Positions 19,155-29,090 of a DNA stretch of 64,000 nt are shown here, piece after piece. Origin of the DNA: Planctomycetota bacterium (GTDB lineage: Bacteria > Planctomycetota > Planctomycetia > Planctomycetales > Planctomycetaceae); contig JBEAUF010000156.1 of the NCBI GenBank assembly GCA_041161565.1, positions 9,916 to 73,915 of the forward strand, in the 5' to 3' direction. The notes beneath the pieces were generated by a model, which worked only from the letters and a program-made list of their open reading frames with translations, made no database searches and had not been told where the DNA came from. The stretch's first letter is position 1. The number at the start of each line of letters is the position of its first letter. The translations under genes were made by a program, and so were the position numbers.

Positions 19155-19431
19155 CAGCGAAGTCTCCCGGGACCACCGCCCCTTTCTTCAGCCCCACCTC
19201 CGCCTCCTCCCCGATCCAAAAGTCCTCTGAATTACTGGAATCCAACTACGTCTTTGTCGAAAAACCGGCGGATTTCTCCTCAAATTCGGCCTCTCCCGAC
19301 GAAATGGGCCCGCTGAGTTCCCCGTGCAGCCCCCTGTCTCTTGTTCCAAGGCTTGCGTCAGCATAAACTCCACAGCCAATTTCGCCCTCAATGATCAGGT
19401 TGGGTGCGGTTCTTACGTCAGGGATACTCCA

Positions 19432-20178
19432 TTGAGAGCGTTGATCAGCGACATCCACGGAAACCTCGAAGCGCTCCAGGCTGTCCTTGCGGATATCCGC
19501 GGTAAGGGCATCACAGAGATTTACTGCCTTGGGGACGTGGTTGGTTACGGCCCCAATCCAGCCGAATGCATTGATCTGGTGATGGACCTGCAGATGTGCC
19601 TGCTCGGTAATCACGACCAGGCTGCCCTGTTTGACCCCGTCGGCTTCAACGCGGCGGCCGAGCGATCCATCTTCTGGACCCGCTCGGTTCTCGAACGATC
19701 CCCAGGACCCAGAGCCGAGCGTCGCTGGGACTTCCTTGGTGAACTCAACCGCCGCTACCGCGACGAAGCCACAAAAACCCTTTATGTACACGGCTCCGCA
19801 CGAAACCCGCTCAATGAATACGTCTTCCCCGATGACATCTACAATCAGGTGAAGATGGAGAAAATCTTCGCCCTCATCGAAAAGACGTGCTTCCAGGGTC
19901 ACACACACATCCCAGGCGTGTTCACAGATACCCTCGATTTTCTCGAACCCGAACAGATCGGTTTCAAGTACCGACTGGGCGCCGGCAAGGTCATGATCAA
20001 CGTCGGCTCAGTAGGGCAACCCCGAAATAACGACCCCCGCTCTTCCTACGTCACAGTGAACGGTGACACTGTCGAATTCCACCGCGTGCCCTACGACGTG
20101 GAAAAAACAATCGCTAAAATCTACGAGATTCCCGAACTGGATAATTTTCTCGGTGATCGTCTTCGGGACGGACGCTGA
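19432..20178 (+). CDS. metallophosphoesterase (YfcE/MJ0936-type phosphodiesterase)
   Basis: Motifs [17 protein letters not shown] and GHTH are present. The track ORF starts at GTG 19324. I prefer TTG 19432, which has AGGGA 8 nt upstream, because it gives the usual short N-terminus (M)[10 protein letters not shown]. The start remains uncertain. Confidence 0.8.
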   Translation: MRALISDIHGNLEALQAVLADIRGKGITEIYCLGDVVGYGPNPAECIDLVMDLQMCLLGNHDQAALFDPVGFNAAAERSIFWTRSVLERSPGPRAERRWDFLGELNRRYRDEATKTLYVHGSARNPLNEYVFPDDIYNQVKMEKIFALIEKTCFQGHTHIPGVFTDTLDFLEPEQIGFKYRLGAGKVMINVGSVGQPRNNDPRSSYVTVNGDTVEFHRVPYDVEKTIAKIYEIPELDNFLGDRLRDGR

Positions 20179-20258
20179 CTCGGGTAATTCAGCACTCCAG
20201 CACACGCCCCCCCGATCCGCATTCCACCAGCACGCCTCACTGTCGAAGGGGATCAGGG

Positions 20259-21575
20259 ATGTGCCGCCACGCTGCTCTGCTCCTGCAACTTCTCCTCATT
20301 CAGTGCTGCCAGGCCACCTTTGCCGTCACCCAGCAATCGCCAACCGCTCCACCAATCAGAGATTCTGTTGCAGACCGTGTGCTGTTGAAAAACGGTGCCA
20401 CTCTGCGAGGCCTGCTGGTGTCCGAACGCCCGCTGCGACTGCTCGTTCGCTCAGAATGGCTTACAGAACACTGCCCGCAACTCCTCGCCGATGAACTTCT
20501 GCCGCTCCTGAGCAAGACCAACAACGAGTCCCGTGAAGCCCTACGGCTCCTCCTGCAACAGGAACTCAGGTCCCAGCCCGCTGTACAGCCTGCCAATGGG
20601 GTCGCAGACATCGATGCGGCCCGCAGGGCACTCCTCCAGGATCTCCTCGAGCGACTCGCGCAAGCAGATCCAATGCAACTGCCGGACTGGATACTCCTCG
20701 AATTCCCGCGATTCCGCGTGCAGAGACTCGAACAGGTCACTGACCAGCGACGTCAGCTCTGCCGACTCGGTATGCTCAACCGAATCCCACAGCTCGAACA
20801 ACTCCCCTCGAAAACCGTGCAGCGGCAGCTTGAAGCCATCCCCGCCGCTCAGCGAATCAACGTCTTTCAGGGCCAGCCACCGGGACAGGCTCAGGATGTC
20901 TCGCTGCTGTTTGAAAAGATTCTGGCAGCCGTCGACATTCGTTCCGGGACAGCATCCCGAGTCATCCAGTCGGGGCCTGTGTGTGTCGATGAAGCGGCAC
21001 CCGGCAGTATCTCGCGGCTCTTCCAACAGGCATTTCAGCAGAACTTCCAGACCACCCTCAATGAACTACTCGCTGAAGCTTCGGGCACTGCTCCCACTCC
21101 CCCCGCCCCCGCGCCGCTGGCCGCCGACGGAGTCCCCCCGGAAGCCGCAGCAGTTGCTCTGCGGCAGGGCAGCAGGACGTTGGTGATCTCTTCCAGCGTC
21201 ACCGACCTCAGCACCGGTTCCGCCATCGTCTCGCGCAGGGTATTCCTGCAGCGCGACGGGGAATGGCGACAGCAGTTTGCCCTGCAGGAACAGGCGACGC
21301 TGAAAGACGTTCCTGCTGACCGCGCACAACAACTGGCTGAGGACCCGCAAATCAAGGACCTGACACAAATCGCGGAAACATTCGGGCTCAGTGGCGATCA
21401 GCTGCAAACCGCACTCGGCATGGGTTCCGTCGTCCAGACCGCACTTGCACGCCTGCAGGCAGGATTCGACGAACAACTGCAGGCACTGCTCACCGCACGC
21501 TGGACTGACAAGTCCGCCATCCCATTGCTGCGGTTCGAAGAGTCGGTCACAGCAAGACCAGCCCCGGAAAAATGA
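20259..21575 (+). CDS. secreted hypothetical protein
   Basis: 438-aa ORF. ATG has AAGGGGA upstream. The signal peptide is MCRHAALLLQLLLIQCCQA. The composition is helical and Leu/Gln-rich, and no domain is recognised. Confidence 0.7.
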   Translation: MCRHAALLLQLLLIQCCQATFAVTQQSPTAPPIRDSVADRVLLKNGATLRGLLVSERPLRLLVRSEWLTEHCPQLLADELLPLLSKTNNESREALRLLLQQELRSQPAVQPANGVADIDAARRALLQDLLERLAQADPMQLPDWILLEFPRFRVQRLEQVTDQRRQLCRLGMLNRIPQLEQLPSKTVQRQLEAIPAAQRINVFQGQPPGQAQDVSLLFEKILAAVDIRSGTASRVIQSGPVCVDEAAPGSISRLFQQAFQQNFQTTLNELLAEASGTAPTPPAPAPLAADGVPPEAAAVALRQGSRTLVISSSVTDLSTGSAIVSRRVFLQRDGEWRQQFALQEQATLKDVPADRAQQLAEDPQIKDLTQIAETFGLSGDQLQTALGMGSVVQTALARLQAGFDEQLQALLTARWTDKSAIPLLRFEESVTARPAPEK

Positions 21576-22015
21576 AAGCCGGTTCGTTGCCGCCTCGCAC
21601 TCCAGGGCACGATATGCTCCGCCCTGAGGACCATTCAGGGCCATCAGCTGGCGCGACGAAGCTTCAGCGGATGCGTTTTGTCCGCTGTTGACGCAGACAA
21701 CATGAAAATCCCAGCCCAGCCGGCCAACGAACGGGGCTGTTCCCCGGACTCAATACCGAAGCTGATCCCTGCGATTCACTTACCTCGGTTCTTCTCCCCG
21801 CCACGTCAGCAACCACGCGGGTCTCCAGCTCAGGCATCCGGACAAGATCTCATCACCGTTGTGCAACGGGGATGGGGGGGCAGGGCAGTGCAGCAGCAAA
21901 TGCGGCAACAAACACCGCCGCGCAAGAACTCAATAAAAACAAGCACAGCAACACAATTTGAAACATTGCGAGCCATCGCCAGCAATTCGGCAGCAGGTCA
22001 GCCACACCGACATTA

Positions 22016-22315
22016 TCAATCGGCTGTTTCCTCCGACGAACGCCCCGGAGCCGCCGCTCGCTGCTGTTTCTGCCGCTGCAGGTACTCCGACCTCTCTCGC
22101 GCGTACTGCTCGGGGTCGATGTCCAGCTTCAACTCACCCTTCTGCAGAGCGGCGTCAAACAGTTTCCGAAGAAACGGCACGCACCACCCGCATCCAGTCC
22201 CAGCTCCGCCACATTCACTGATCTGACTGGGAACCCGCGGCTGATGAATGCGAATGTAATTGACTATCTTTCGCTGGGATACGTGAAAGCAGTAGCAAAG
22301 CTCGTCGTCAGACAT
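22016..22315 (-). CDS. BFD-like [2Fe-2S]-binding domain protein (bacterioferritin-associated ferredoxin-like)
   Basis: The internal ATG at 22315 gives 99 aa: MSDDELCYCFHVSQRKIV...ECGGAGTGCGWCVPF. This has the CxC...CxxC spacing of BFD-like domains. Confidence 0.75.
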   Translation of the reverse strand: MSDDELCYCFHVSQRKIVNYIRIHQPRVPSQISECGGAGTGCGWCVPFLRKLFDAALQKGELKLDIDPEQYARERSEYLQRQKQQRAAAPGRSSEETAD

Positions 22316-22512
22316 GGGATCAGATTTGTACGGGCCTCGAAATGGGGCTGGCTTGTCTTCAGCGTTTCGCGAATGGCCCGGGCGGCTTCTGGATTCCCGA
22401 ATGGTCCCGCAACCCTGCAAAATTTCTCAGCAGTCGCATCCGCACACACCACTGACTACACTGGAGCCAGCTTACGTGTTCAAAGCTGCAAACACAAGAC
22501 AGGGAGACTCTG

Positions 22513-24144
22513 ATGGGCCGAAGTTTGTGGGCAGTATCGCTGCTGCTGGTCGGCAGTTTCTTTTCCGCATCGACGGCTGCGACCGACACCCCATCCGGTC
22601 TGCCGATCGATGTAGCCGGCTGGCCCGGAACCGTCGCTGCTGCCGGTGGCGAAGAAGTTCCAGAGCAGCTGCTCTCCCTGATCCGCCAGGCTACCGGAGA
22701 GAATGGTGTGGTAGCAGTGCTGACAACCGCATCCGATAACCCCGCAGAAGCGGCGGCCAGGGCGGAAGCCTGGCTCAGTTCCGCAGGCTGTAAAAAAGTC
22801 GTGACGGATGCCATGACAACTGACCTCCCCACGCGTTCGGCATTCCTCGACCAGCTCCGCAACGCCTCGGCCGTCTGGATCTGTGGCGGCCAGCAGTCCC
22901 GGCTGGCAGAGGCATGGCAGGGGACGGCAATCGAAGCCGAGCTCCATGGCATTCTGCTGCGGGGAGGCTTCGTCGGCGGTACCTCTGCCGGGGCCGCCAT
23001 CCTGTCACGCATGATGATTGCGTCCGGCAGTGACCAGCCACAGCTCGGTACAGGCTGGGATATGATTCCTGGTGTCATCATCGACCAGCACTTCACCGAA
23101 CGCCGCCGAATGGAACGGCTCGAAATCGCAGTTCGTCAGAACCCAACGCTGGCCGGGCTTGGCGTGGATGAAGGGACGGCGGCTGTCGCTGCGGGCCGGA
23201 CACTGACAGTCGTCGGTTCAGGATCCGTCACCGTGGTGCTTCCCCCGTGCGGCTACCGCAGCGACAATATCATCCGCATCCCGGCGGGCCAATCCGCCGA
23301 CCTCACGCAATTTCGCCGCGCAGCCCGGCAGCGGTCCTCCGGAACTGATCCAGGTAACACCAACACTTCTCTCCCGGAAACTCCCTCTGGATCGCTGGTG
23401 ATTGTCGGTGGCGGATCGATGCCGCCGGATGTCGTAAAACGATTTGTGGAGCTTGCAGGCGGCCCGTCCGGCCACGTGGTTGTGCTCCCAACCGCCGTAC
23501 CCCCTGAGCAAACGGACCGGCGAGTGCCCGGCTTTCTTGCCCAGGCCGGACTCCGCCGAATCACTGTGCTCGACCAGCGAGGAAAACTGGCGGATTCCCC
23601 GGAATTCTCTGATGCTGTCGCTGACGCCACCGGAATCTGGTTCGGCGGTGGACGCCAGTGGCATTTCGTCGACGCCTACGAGGGAACTCGGGCGATCTCC
23701 CTGTTCAGGAACGTACTGGCACGCGGCGGTGTGATTGGCGGCAGTTCGGCTGGAGCCACCATTCAGGGCGAGTTTCTGGTGCGCGGCAGCCCGCTGGGTA
23801 ACACAGTCATGATGGCAGAAGGCTACGAACGCGGGTTTGCGTTTCTTCCAGGTACCGCCATAGACCAGCACTTCAGTCAGCGGGGACGTCAGCCGGACCT
23901 GCTGCCGGTGATCTCACGCCACCCACAACTGCTCGGAATCGGGTTGGACGAAGGCACAGCAATCGTCGTTCGCGGGCGGCGAGCCGAAGTCGCCGGTCTA
24001 CACTCCGCACACTTCATTAACTCCACAAGGCTGCAGCGTCTGAACGGTGGTCTGCTGCCAACAACCCCAGCCGATGCCGCACCGCTGTACGTGAGCGTGC
24101 CAGCGGGAGGAGCGATTGATCTGGGGACACTGCAGGCTGAGTAA
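22513..24144 (+). CDS. secreted tandem peptidase S51 (cyanophycinase-like) protein
   Basis: 543 aa with signal peptide MGRSLWAVSLLLVGSFFSASTAA. There are two complete S51 units. Each has the nucleophile region (GGTSAGAA and GGSSAGAT) and the IDQHF histidine region. Confidence 0.85.
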   Translation: MGRSLWAVSLLLVGSFFSASTAATDTPSGLPIDVAGWPGTVAAAGGEEVPEQLLSLIRQATGENGVVAVLTTASDNPAEAAARAEAWLSSAGCKKVVTDAMTTDLPTRSAFLDQLRNASAVWICGGQQSRLAEAWQGTAIEAELHGILLRGGFVGGTSAGAAILSRMMIASGSDQPQLGTGWDMIPGVIIDQHFTERRRMERLEIAVRQNPTLAGLGVDEGTAAVAAGRTLTVVGSGSVTVVLPPCGYRSDNIIRIPAGQSADLTQFRRAARQRSSGTDPGNTNTSLPETPSGSLVIVGGGSMPPDVVKRFVELAGGPSGHVVVLPTAVPPEQTDRRVPGFLAQAGLRRITVLDQRGKLADSPEFSDAVADATGIWFGGGRQWHFVDAYEGTRAISLFRNVLARGGVIGGSSAGATIQGEFLVRGSPLGNTVMMAEGYERGFAFLPGTAIDQHFSQRGRQPDLLPVISRHPQLLGIGLDEGTAIVVRGRRAEVAGLHSAHFINSTRLQRLNGGLLPTTPADAAPLYVSVPAGGAIDLGTLQAE

Positions 24145-24469
24145 ACACGACAACGTCGGTGGCGGCAGGAATCTGTCGGGAACGGAGGGGCAGACGGGCC
24201 GCTGCTCCGTTAGCGTATGGCAGGCATCCGCCTGCAGAGGCATTAGCCGGACAAATGACAGCCCACAGGCCGGCGAACCCGCAGTCACTCCTGCCAGAAA
24301 AATCTGCTTCAAAGTCCCCTCGGCCCCGCCAAAGTTGTGACTTTACTGCTCTTGTCGCCGATTTGCCCCGCAAATTTGCCCCCTCAGGCACTCGATTGCC
24401 ACTTGCCCGCGTCGTACACTGCGCCCAGCGTCTTCCGCCTTCGGTTTCTCTCAGCTTCGGACTCGTTTC

Positions 24470-25435
24470 ATGCTGCAGTACGATCGTGACACTGTGCCGG
24501 CGATCAGTGTCAGCAAATTATCCCACGCCTTTCGTGGACATCAGGCACTGAACGAGGTCACTTTCTGCGTGATGCCGCAGACACTGCATGGGTTTGTCGG
24601 TCCCAATGGCGCCGGCAAAACAACGACACTGAAAGTCATCTGCACACTCCTTAAACAAAACCGCGGTGAGGTTGAGGTGTTCGGACATAATGTGCGGACG
24701 GACCCTGCCTCGGTACGGCGACGAATCGGCTACATGCCGGATCACTTCAGCATGTACCGTCAGATGACCATTACGGAATATCTCGACTTCTTCGCAGCAG
24801 CCTATGGGCTGCCACTTGAACGCCGCGACCAGGTGATCTCTGATGTGCTCACCCTCACCGATATGGATGGTCGCCGCGATGACCTGATTTCCGGACTATC
24901 GCGAGGCATGCAGCAGCGGGTCAGTCTCGCGCGGGTGCTGGTACACGACCCCGACCTCCTGCTGCTCGACGAACCCGCCAGCGGACTGGATCCGCGAGCG
25001 AGGATTGAGCTGATGGAAATTCTTCGCGAGCTGCGACGACTGGGCAAAACGGTGCTTATCAGTTCCCATATTCTCAGCGAGCTTTCCGAGCTGTGCGACA
25101 GCGTGACGATTCTTGATCGCGGCCAGGTGCGATTCAGTGGCCCGATGAATCTGCTGCTGGATGTGCCGGGCGAGCAGCCACTGTGGACACTGCGACTGCT
25201 GCGTCCTTACCCTCAGGCGGCCGACCAGCTGCGGGGACTCCAGGGGATCGCTGAAGTTTCAGAGCCGGAATTTGCAACAGGGCAGGACTTTATTCTCAGA
25301 CTCACTGAGGGAACAGGCGGAAATGATCTCCTCAGAATGCTCGCCCCGCTCGATCTGCCAATTGCATCGGTGGCTCGCCAGCGCCGGCACCTGAATGACG
25401 CATTTATGGATCTGACCACTCGAGGAGTTCGCTGA
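24470..25435 (+). CDS. ABC transporter ATP-binding protein
   Basis: Walker A is GPNGAGKTT, the signature is LSRGMQQR and Walker B is LLLLDEP. Its stop overlaps the start of the next ORF (TGATG). Confidence 0.92.
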   Translation: MLQYDRDTVPAISVSKLSHAFRGHQALNEVTFCVMPQTLHGFVGPNGAGKTTTLKVICTLLKQNRGEVEVFGHNVRTDPASVRRRIGYMPDHFSMYRQMTITEYLDFFAAAYGLPLERRDQVISDVLTLTDMDGRRDDLISGLSRGMQQRVSLARVLVHDPDLLLLDEPASGLDPRARIELMEILRELRRLGKTVLISSHILSELSELCDSVTILDRGQVRFSGPMNLLLDVPGEQPLWTLRLLRPYPQAADQLRGLQGIAEVSEPEFATGQDFILRLTEGTGGNDLLRMLAPLDLPIASVARQRRHLNDAFMDLTTRGVR

Positions 25436-26994
25436 TGCTCAACGGCGCCGCTGCACTCTTCACATGGACTTTGCGGATGGACAATCGTTACGTCCACCCC
25501 CACCTCGTACGCGCTGCCTTCGCACTGTTCATCCTGTTCTGTCTCTCCATGGCGACATTTGATGCCTTCGGAACAAATCGCACCGGACTTGTATTCTTCG
25601 GACTGGTCTGCCAGCTCAATGTCGTGCTGATCGCGGCAGCGGGCGTGAGCTATTTTGTGACTGCGGTCAGCGAGGAAAAGGACGCCGGAACTTTTGCTCT
25701 CCTGCAGCTTGCAGGCCTCACACCACTCGCCATCACCCTCGGAAAATCCACCTCACGCCTCGTCAGCTCGCTGATGCTGCTTGTGAGCCAGATACCCTTC
25801 ACGTTCCTCGCAGTGACGCTCGGCGGAATTCGCTGGCAGCAGGTCCTCGCCGCGTGGATCTGCCTCGCAGCCTGGATGATCCTCGTTGCCAACATGGCAC
25901 TGCTCTGCAGCGCCCGCTGTAATAATTCTTCACGGGCAGCCGGAGCAGCCGGGGTAATTCTGCTGCTCTGGTTTGGCACCCCCGCCGCTCTGCGAACCAC
26001 TCTTGCTGCTCTCGGCCCCGGGACACTGCCGGCAGGACTCACACAAACTCTCACGCAACTCCCGCTGCTCCTCGAGATCGTCTCCCCATGGAAACAACTC
26101 GATCAGATTCTGCATCAATGGGATTCGGCTGATATGCTCGGCAGCCAGTTCTGGGTCAGCCTGCTGCTCGCAACTCTCTGCTTCGCGGTCAGCACCCTCC
26201 GGCTCAACGCGTGGACTCGCCCCACCGAAGATGGTGCCGCAGGCCAGGAACAGGGTGGCCGGCGGCGCTGGCCCGTCGGACGCTGCTGGCGACTGCCGCT
26301 CGCATGGCGGGATTTTCACTTCTTCTCCGGCGGACGCACCCTCTTTATGGCACGCTGGCTGGGCTGGCTGCTGATTTACTCAACCTTGATCGGAATACAG
26401 CACCTGCAGCTGAAGGCATGGAACTGGGCCCTTACTGGCGACTGCGGACTGCAAATGCTGCTGCTCCTGGCTGTCACACTCAGCATTGAATGTGTGCTGC
26501 TGGCCACGGGAACCCTGCACTCCGAACTGCGGCAGATGACGCACTCCTCCCTCGCCATGCTCCCGCTCTCCAGCACTCGCATCTTTATTGAAAAATCAAT
26601 CGGGTGCGGCCTGTCCGTCCTCCCGACACTTTCCTGGATTGGCTTCGTGTGGCTCCTTTCCGGGGGAACTCTGGCTAACCAGATTGACGGAAATCTGGTA
26701 CTCACCTGGATCCTGCTGCTGATCTTCAGCACCCATGTTGCAGCCCTGCTCTCCCTCTACACCCGCTGGGCTGCCTTCCCTCTGACTCTGCTCGCAACAT
26801 TCGTCGCGTTTTTTGTGATCGCCGGACCAATCCTCCTGATTCCATCCACGGTCGGCATGCTGGCAAGAACTCACAACTTCCAGAACTCTCTGCCGCTCGC
26901 ATGGGCCATCACCATCTTCTGGACATGGGTGCTGCTGGTGCTCCCCATCCAGCTCGCAATCCGAGAACGATGGCTCGTGATGGTCCGCAAATAG
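25435..26994 (+). CDS. ABC-2 family transporter permease
   Basis: 519-aa polytopic membrane protein. The EEKDAGTFALLQLAGLTPLAITLGK motif resembles the E-K-x-x-G-T...L-L motif of ABC-2 permeases. It is translationally coupled to the ATPase. Confidence 0.78.
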   Translation: MLNGAAALFTWTLRMDNRYVHPHLVRAAFALFILFCLSMATFDAFGTNRTGLVFFGLVCQLNVVLIAAAGVSYFVTAVSEEKDAGTFALLQLAGLTPLAITLGKSTSRLVSSLMLLVSQIPFTFLAVTLGGIRWQQVLAAWICLAAWMILVANMALLCSARCNNSSRAAGAAGVILLLWFGTPAALRTTLAALGPGTLPAGLTQTLTQLPLLLEIVSPWKQLDQILHQWDSADMLGSQFWVSLLLATLCFAVSTLRLNAWTRPTEDGAAGQEQGGRRRWPVGRCWRLPLAWRDFHFFSGGRTLFMARWLGWLLIYSTLIGIQHLQLKAWNWALTGDCGLQMLLLLAVTLSIECVLLATGTLHSELRQMTHSSLAMLPLSSTRIFIEKSIGCGLSVLPTLSWIGFVWLLSGGTLANQIDGNLVLTWILLLIFSTHVAALLSLYTRWAAFPLTLLATFVAFFVIAGPILLIPSTVGMLARTHNFQNSLPLAWAITIFWTWVLLVLPIQLAIRERWLVMVRK

Positions 26995-27024
26995 CCCCCG
27001 GCATACAACCTGGGCCCACGCCAG

Positions 27025-28707
27025 TTACGGTCGGGGACGCCCCCGCCGCAACTGCTTCTCGGCCCATGCAGCGAGCGTCTCACGGTGGATTTTCACGTTA
27101 TGCCGAGTATCCACGGGCAGCGAACGATGAAACAGCACCGTGCGAATGGTGCGAGTCAGAGGACTTGACCGCGCCAGCTCCAGAAGGCTCCGACGAAATC
27201 CGTCAGCCACTGCCGCAGACGACGGAAAACACGATTGCTCCGGTTCAATCACAATCACCGGCTCCTGCCTGCCAGCCGGACCATATCCAACAAGTGCCGA
27301 ACGGTACACGTCGGGGTGCTGATCGAAAATAGCTTCACAGCACACCGAATACATGGGTCCGGAAGCCGCATGGACTATGTGGGCCTTGCGGCCACAAAAC
27401 CAGAGTCGCTGCTGATCATCGAGATAACCCACGTCTCCCATGCGGTGCCAGAACGAGTCACCGTCGGGAATTTTGGCCAGCGACGTCGCCTCCGGACGCC
27501 GAAAGTACTCACGCGTGGCGACGCGACCCCGAACTATGATCTCGCCAATCTCACCCTCTGCCAGAAAACGAACAGCCGCGATTGAACTCAGCGGACCATC
27601 CGTCGCCTCGATAATTCGCACCTCCATCCCCGCGAAGGGAGTACCAACGCAGGTGCCACGACCGGATGCTGACAGGGAAGCGGTCTCCCGAAGAATCTCT
27701 CGTGCGCCAATTGACGCCACCGGCAGACATTCCGTGGCACCGTAGGGAGTGAATAAATCAGCGTCGTCCGGAAGAGCACTGGTCATGCGTTTCAGCACAT
27801 GCAGAGGCACCGGAGCACCCGCGGAAAGCACTCGCCGTAACCCCGCCAGCCGAAGCCCTTGCATCTCACAATAACGCCCCACACGATTCCACATTGCCGG
27901 CGAACCATATGCCTGAGTGGCGTTGTGCGATTGCAGCGCCTCAAGAATGTTCTCCGGGGCCACAGCTGCCGGCCGCGTCGGATCCATCTCCGGTATCACG
28001 GTAGTCACCTGCATTGCCAGATTGAACAGGGCGAACAGGGGAAATCCCGGTACATCAGTCTCCCCGGGCTGGATTCCGTAGCGATCGCGGATCAGGTCCA
28101 CCTGAGCGTCAAACATCCGGTGCTCAAACACCACTCCCTTCGGAGGACCTGTACTGCCGCTTGTAAAGATCACCGCAGCCGGATCTGAACCTTCAGTCAC
28201 CGGCAGAGTACCGGGAGAGCGACGGCCAAGATCCACCAACTCCGCGTCACTCATACAACCCAGCCGCACTCTTCCCGGACGAACAATCACGTTGAATCGA
28301 GCCCTGCGGAATCGCCATGGCATCAGTCGCCTGAGGAAGTGCACCGGAGGTATCGCCAGAAAGCCGTCCGGATCCACCTCGTCAAGGCAGCCCAGCACGC
28401 TGGACTTACCCATACCCGGATCAATCAGCACACACACCGCGCCTGCGCGAAACACCGCGAATGTCAATGCGATAAACTCAATCGACGGCCGCACCATCAG
28501 CACAAGCCGCTGCCCAGGACGCACGCCCAGGTGCACCAGACCACGGGCCGCGGCATCGACTTCCGCATCGAGTTGCTCAAATGTGATCGTCGTCCATGCC
28601 GTTCGACCACGACGGTCCCGAGCCTGAGGAACGCGTATCGCAGGGCTTCGCGGAACCAGCCGCGCAGAGACACGGAGGCGATCGGCAATGTTCAATGCTT
28701 GGGACAT
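27025..28707 (-). CDS. fatty-acid CoA ligase family / acyl-AMP-forming adenylating enzyme
   Basis: 560 aa. The adenylation core motifs are IFTSGSTGPPKGV, YGATE, GEIIVRG and the C-terminal K region. Confidence 0.9.
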   Translation of the reverse strand: MSQALNIADRLRVSARLVPRSPAIRVPQARDRRGRTAWTTITFEQLDAEVDAAARGLVHLGVRPGQRLVLMVRPSIEFIALTFAVFRAGAVCVLIDPGMGKSSVLGCLDEVDPDGFLAIPPVHFLRRLMPWRFRRARFNVIVRPGRVRLGCMSDAELVDLGRRSPGTLPVTEGSDPAAVIFTSGSTGPPKGVVFEHRMFDAQVDLIRDRYGIQPGETDVPGFPLFALFNLAMQVTTVIPEMDPTRPAAVAPENILEALQSHNATQAYGSPAMWNRVGRYCEMQGLRLAGLRRVLSAGAPVPLHVLKRMTSALPDDADLFTPYGATECLPVASIGAREILRETASLSASGRGTCVGTPFAGMEVRIIEATDGPLSSIAAVRFLAEGEIGEIIVRGRVATREYFRRPEATSLAKIPDGDSFWHRMGDVGYLDDQQRLWFCGRKAHIVHAASGPMYSVCCEAIFDQHPDVYRSALVGYGPAGRQEPVIVIEPEQSCFPSSAAVADGFRRSLLELARSSPLTRTIRTVLFHRSLPVDTRHNVKIHRETLAAWAEKQLRRGRPRP

Positions 28708-28804
28708 GCGGCAGCGGGATCAGGCGAAAAACGGTTGTACCGGCAGGATTTGCGGCAGAATGGATGGGTTTTGCCGAATTCTCTCCGGCAACTCCCCCGG
28801 AGCC

Positions 28805-28831
28805 GCGTTTCGGCGGTTTTTGCCGAAACGC
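28805..28831. promoter_or_regulatory. perfect 10-bp inverted repeat in a divergent promoter region
   Basis: GCGTTTCGGC-N7-GCCGAAACGC lies between the divergent acyl-AMP ligase (start 28707) and the DUF1571-like gene (start 29091). It shares the GGTTTT(T)GCCGAA word with 28767-28778. There is no U-tract, so it is not a terminator. Confidence 0.35.
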
Positions 28832-29090
28832 ACGGTGAATTTCCAGTGAACACCTGCCGATTCTCTGCCGGGGGGGATGAGATGGAGGAGCTGCGGGGCT
28901 GATTCTGCCCGCAGCCGACACAGGAACTGCAGGGCTGCTTCCGTTTCAATCACCTGTTCGCAAGTGCAGCATACCCGCCGAGAAGGATACCTCGCAGGCC
29001 GCCGCGTCGGTACAGCCATCAACGATCGCCATCTGACAGCTCTGCTTATTAAGGACAGGGCACGGCTGTCAAATTCCCAAGGTCTACAAA

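Noticed and set aside
21678-22226. 182-aa plus-strand ORF in the 440-bp gap after the 20259..21575 gene
   Set aside because: It overlaps the well-supported BFD-like gene in antisense. It is Pro/Arg/Ser/Ala-rich low-complexity sequence with no ribosome-binding site.
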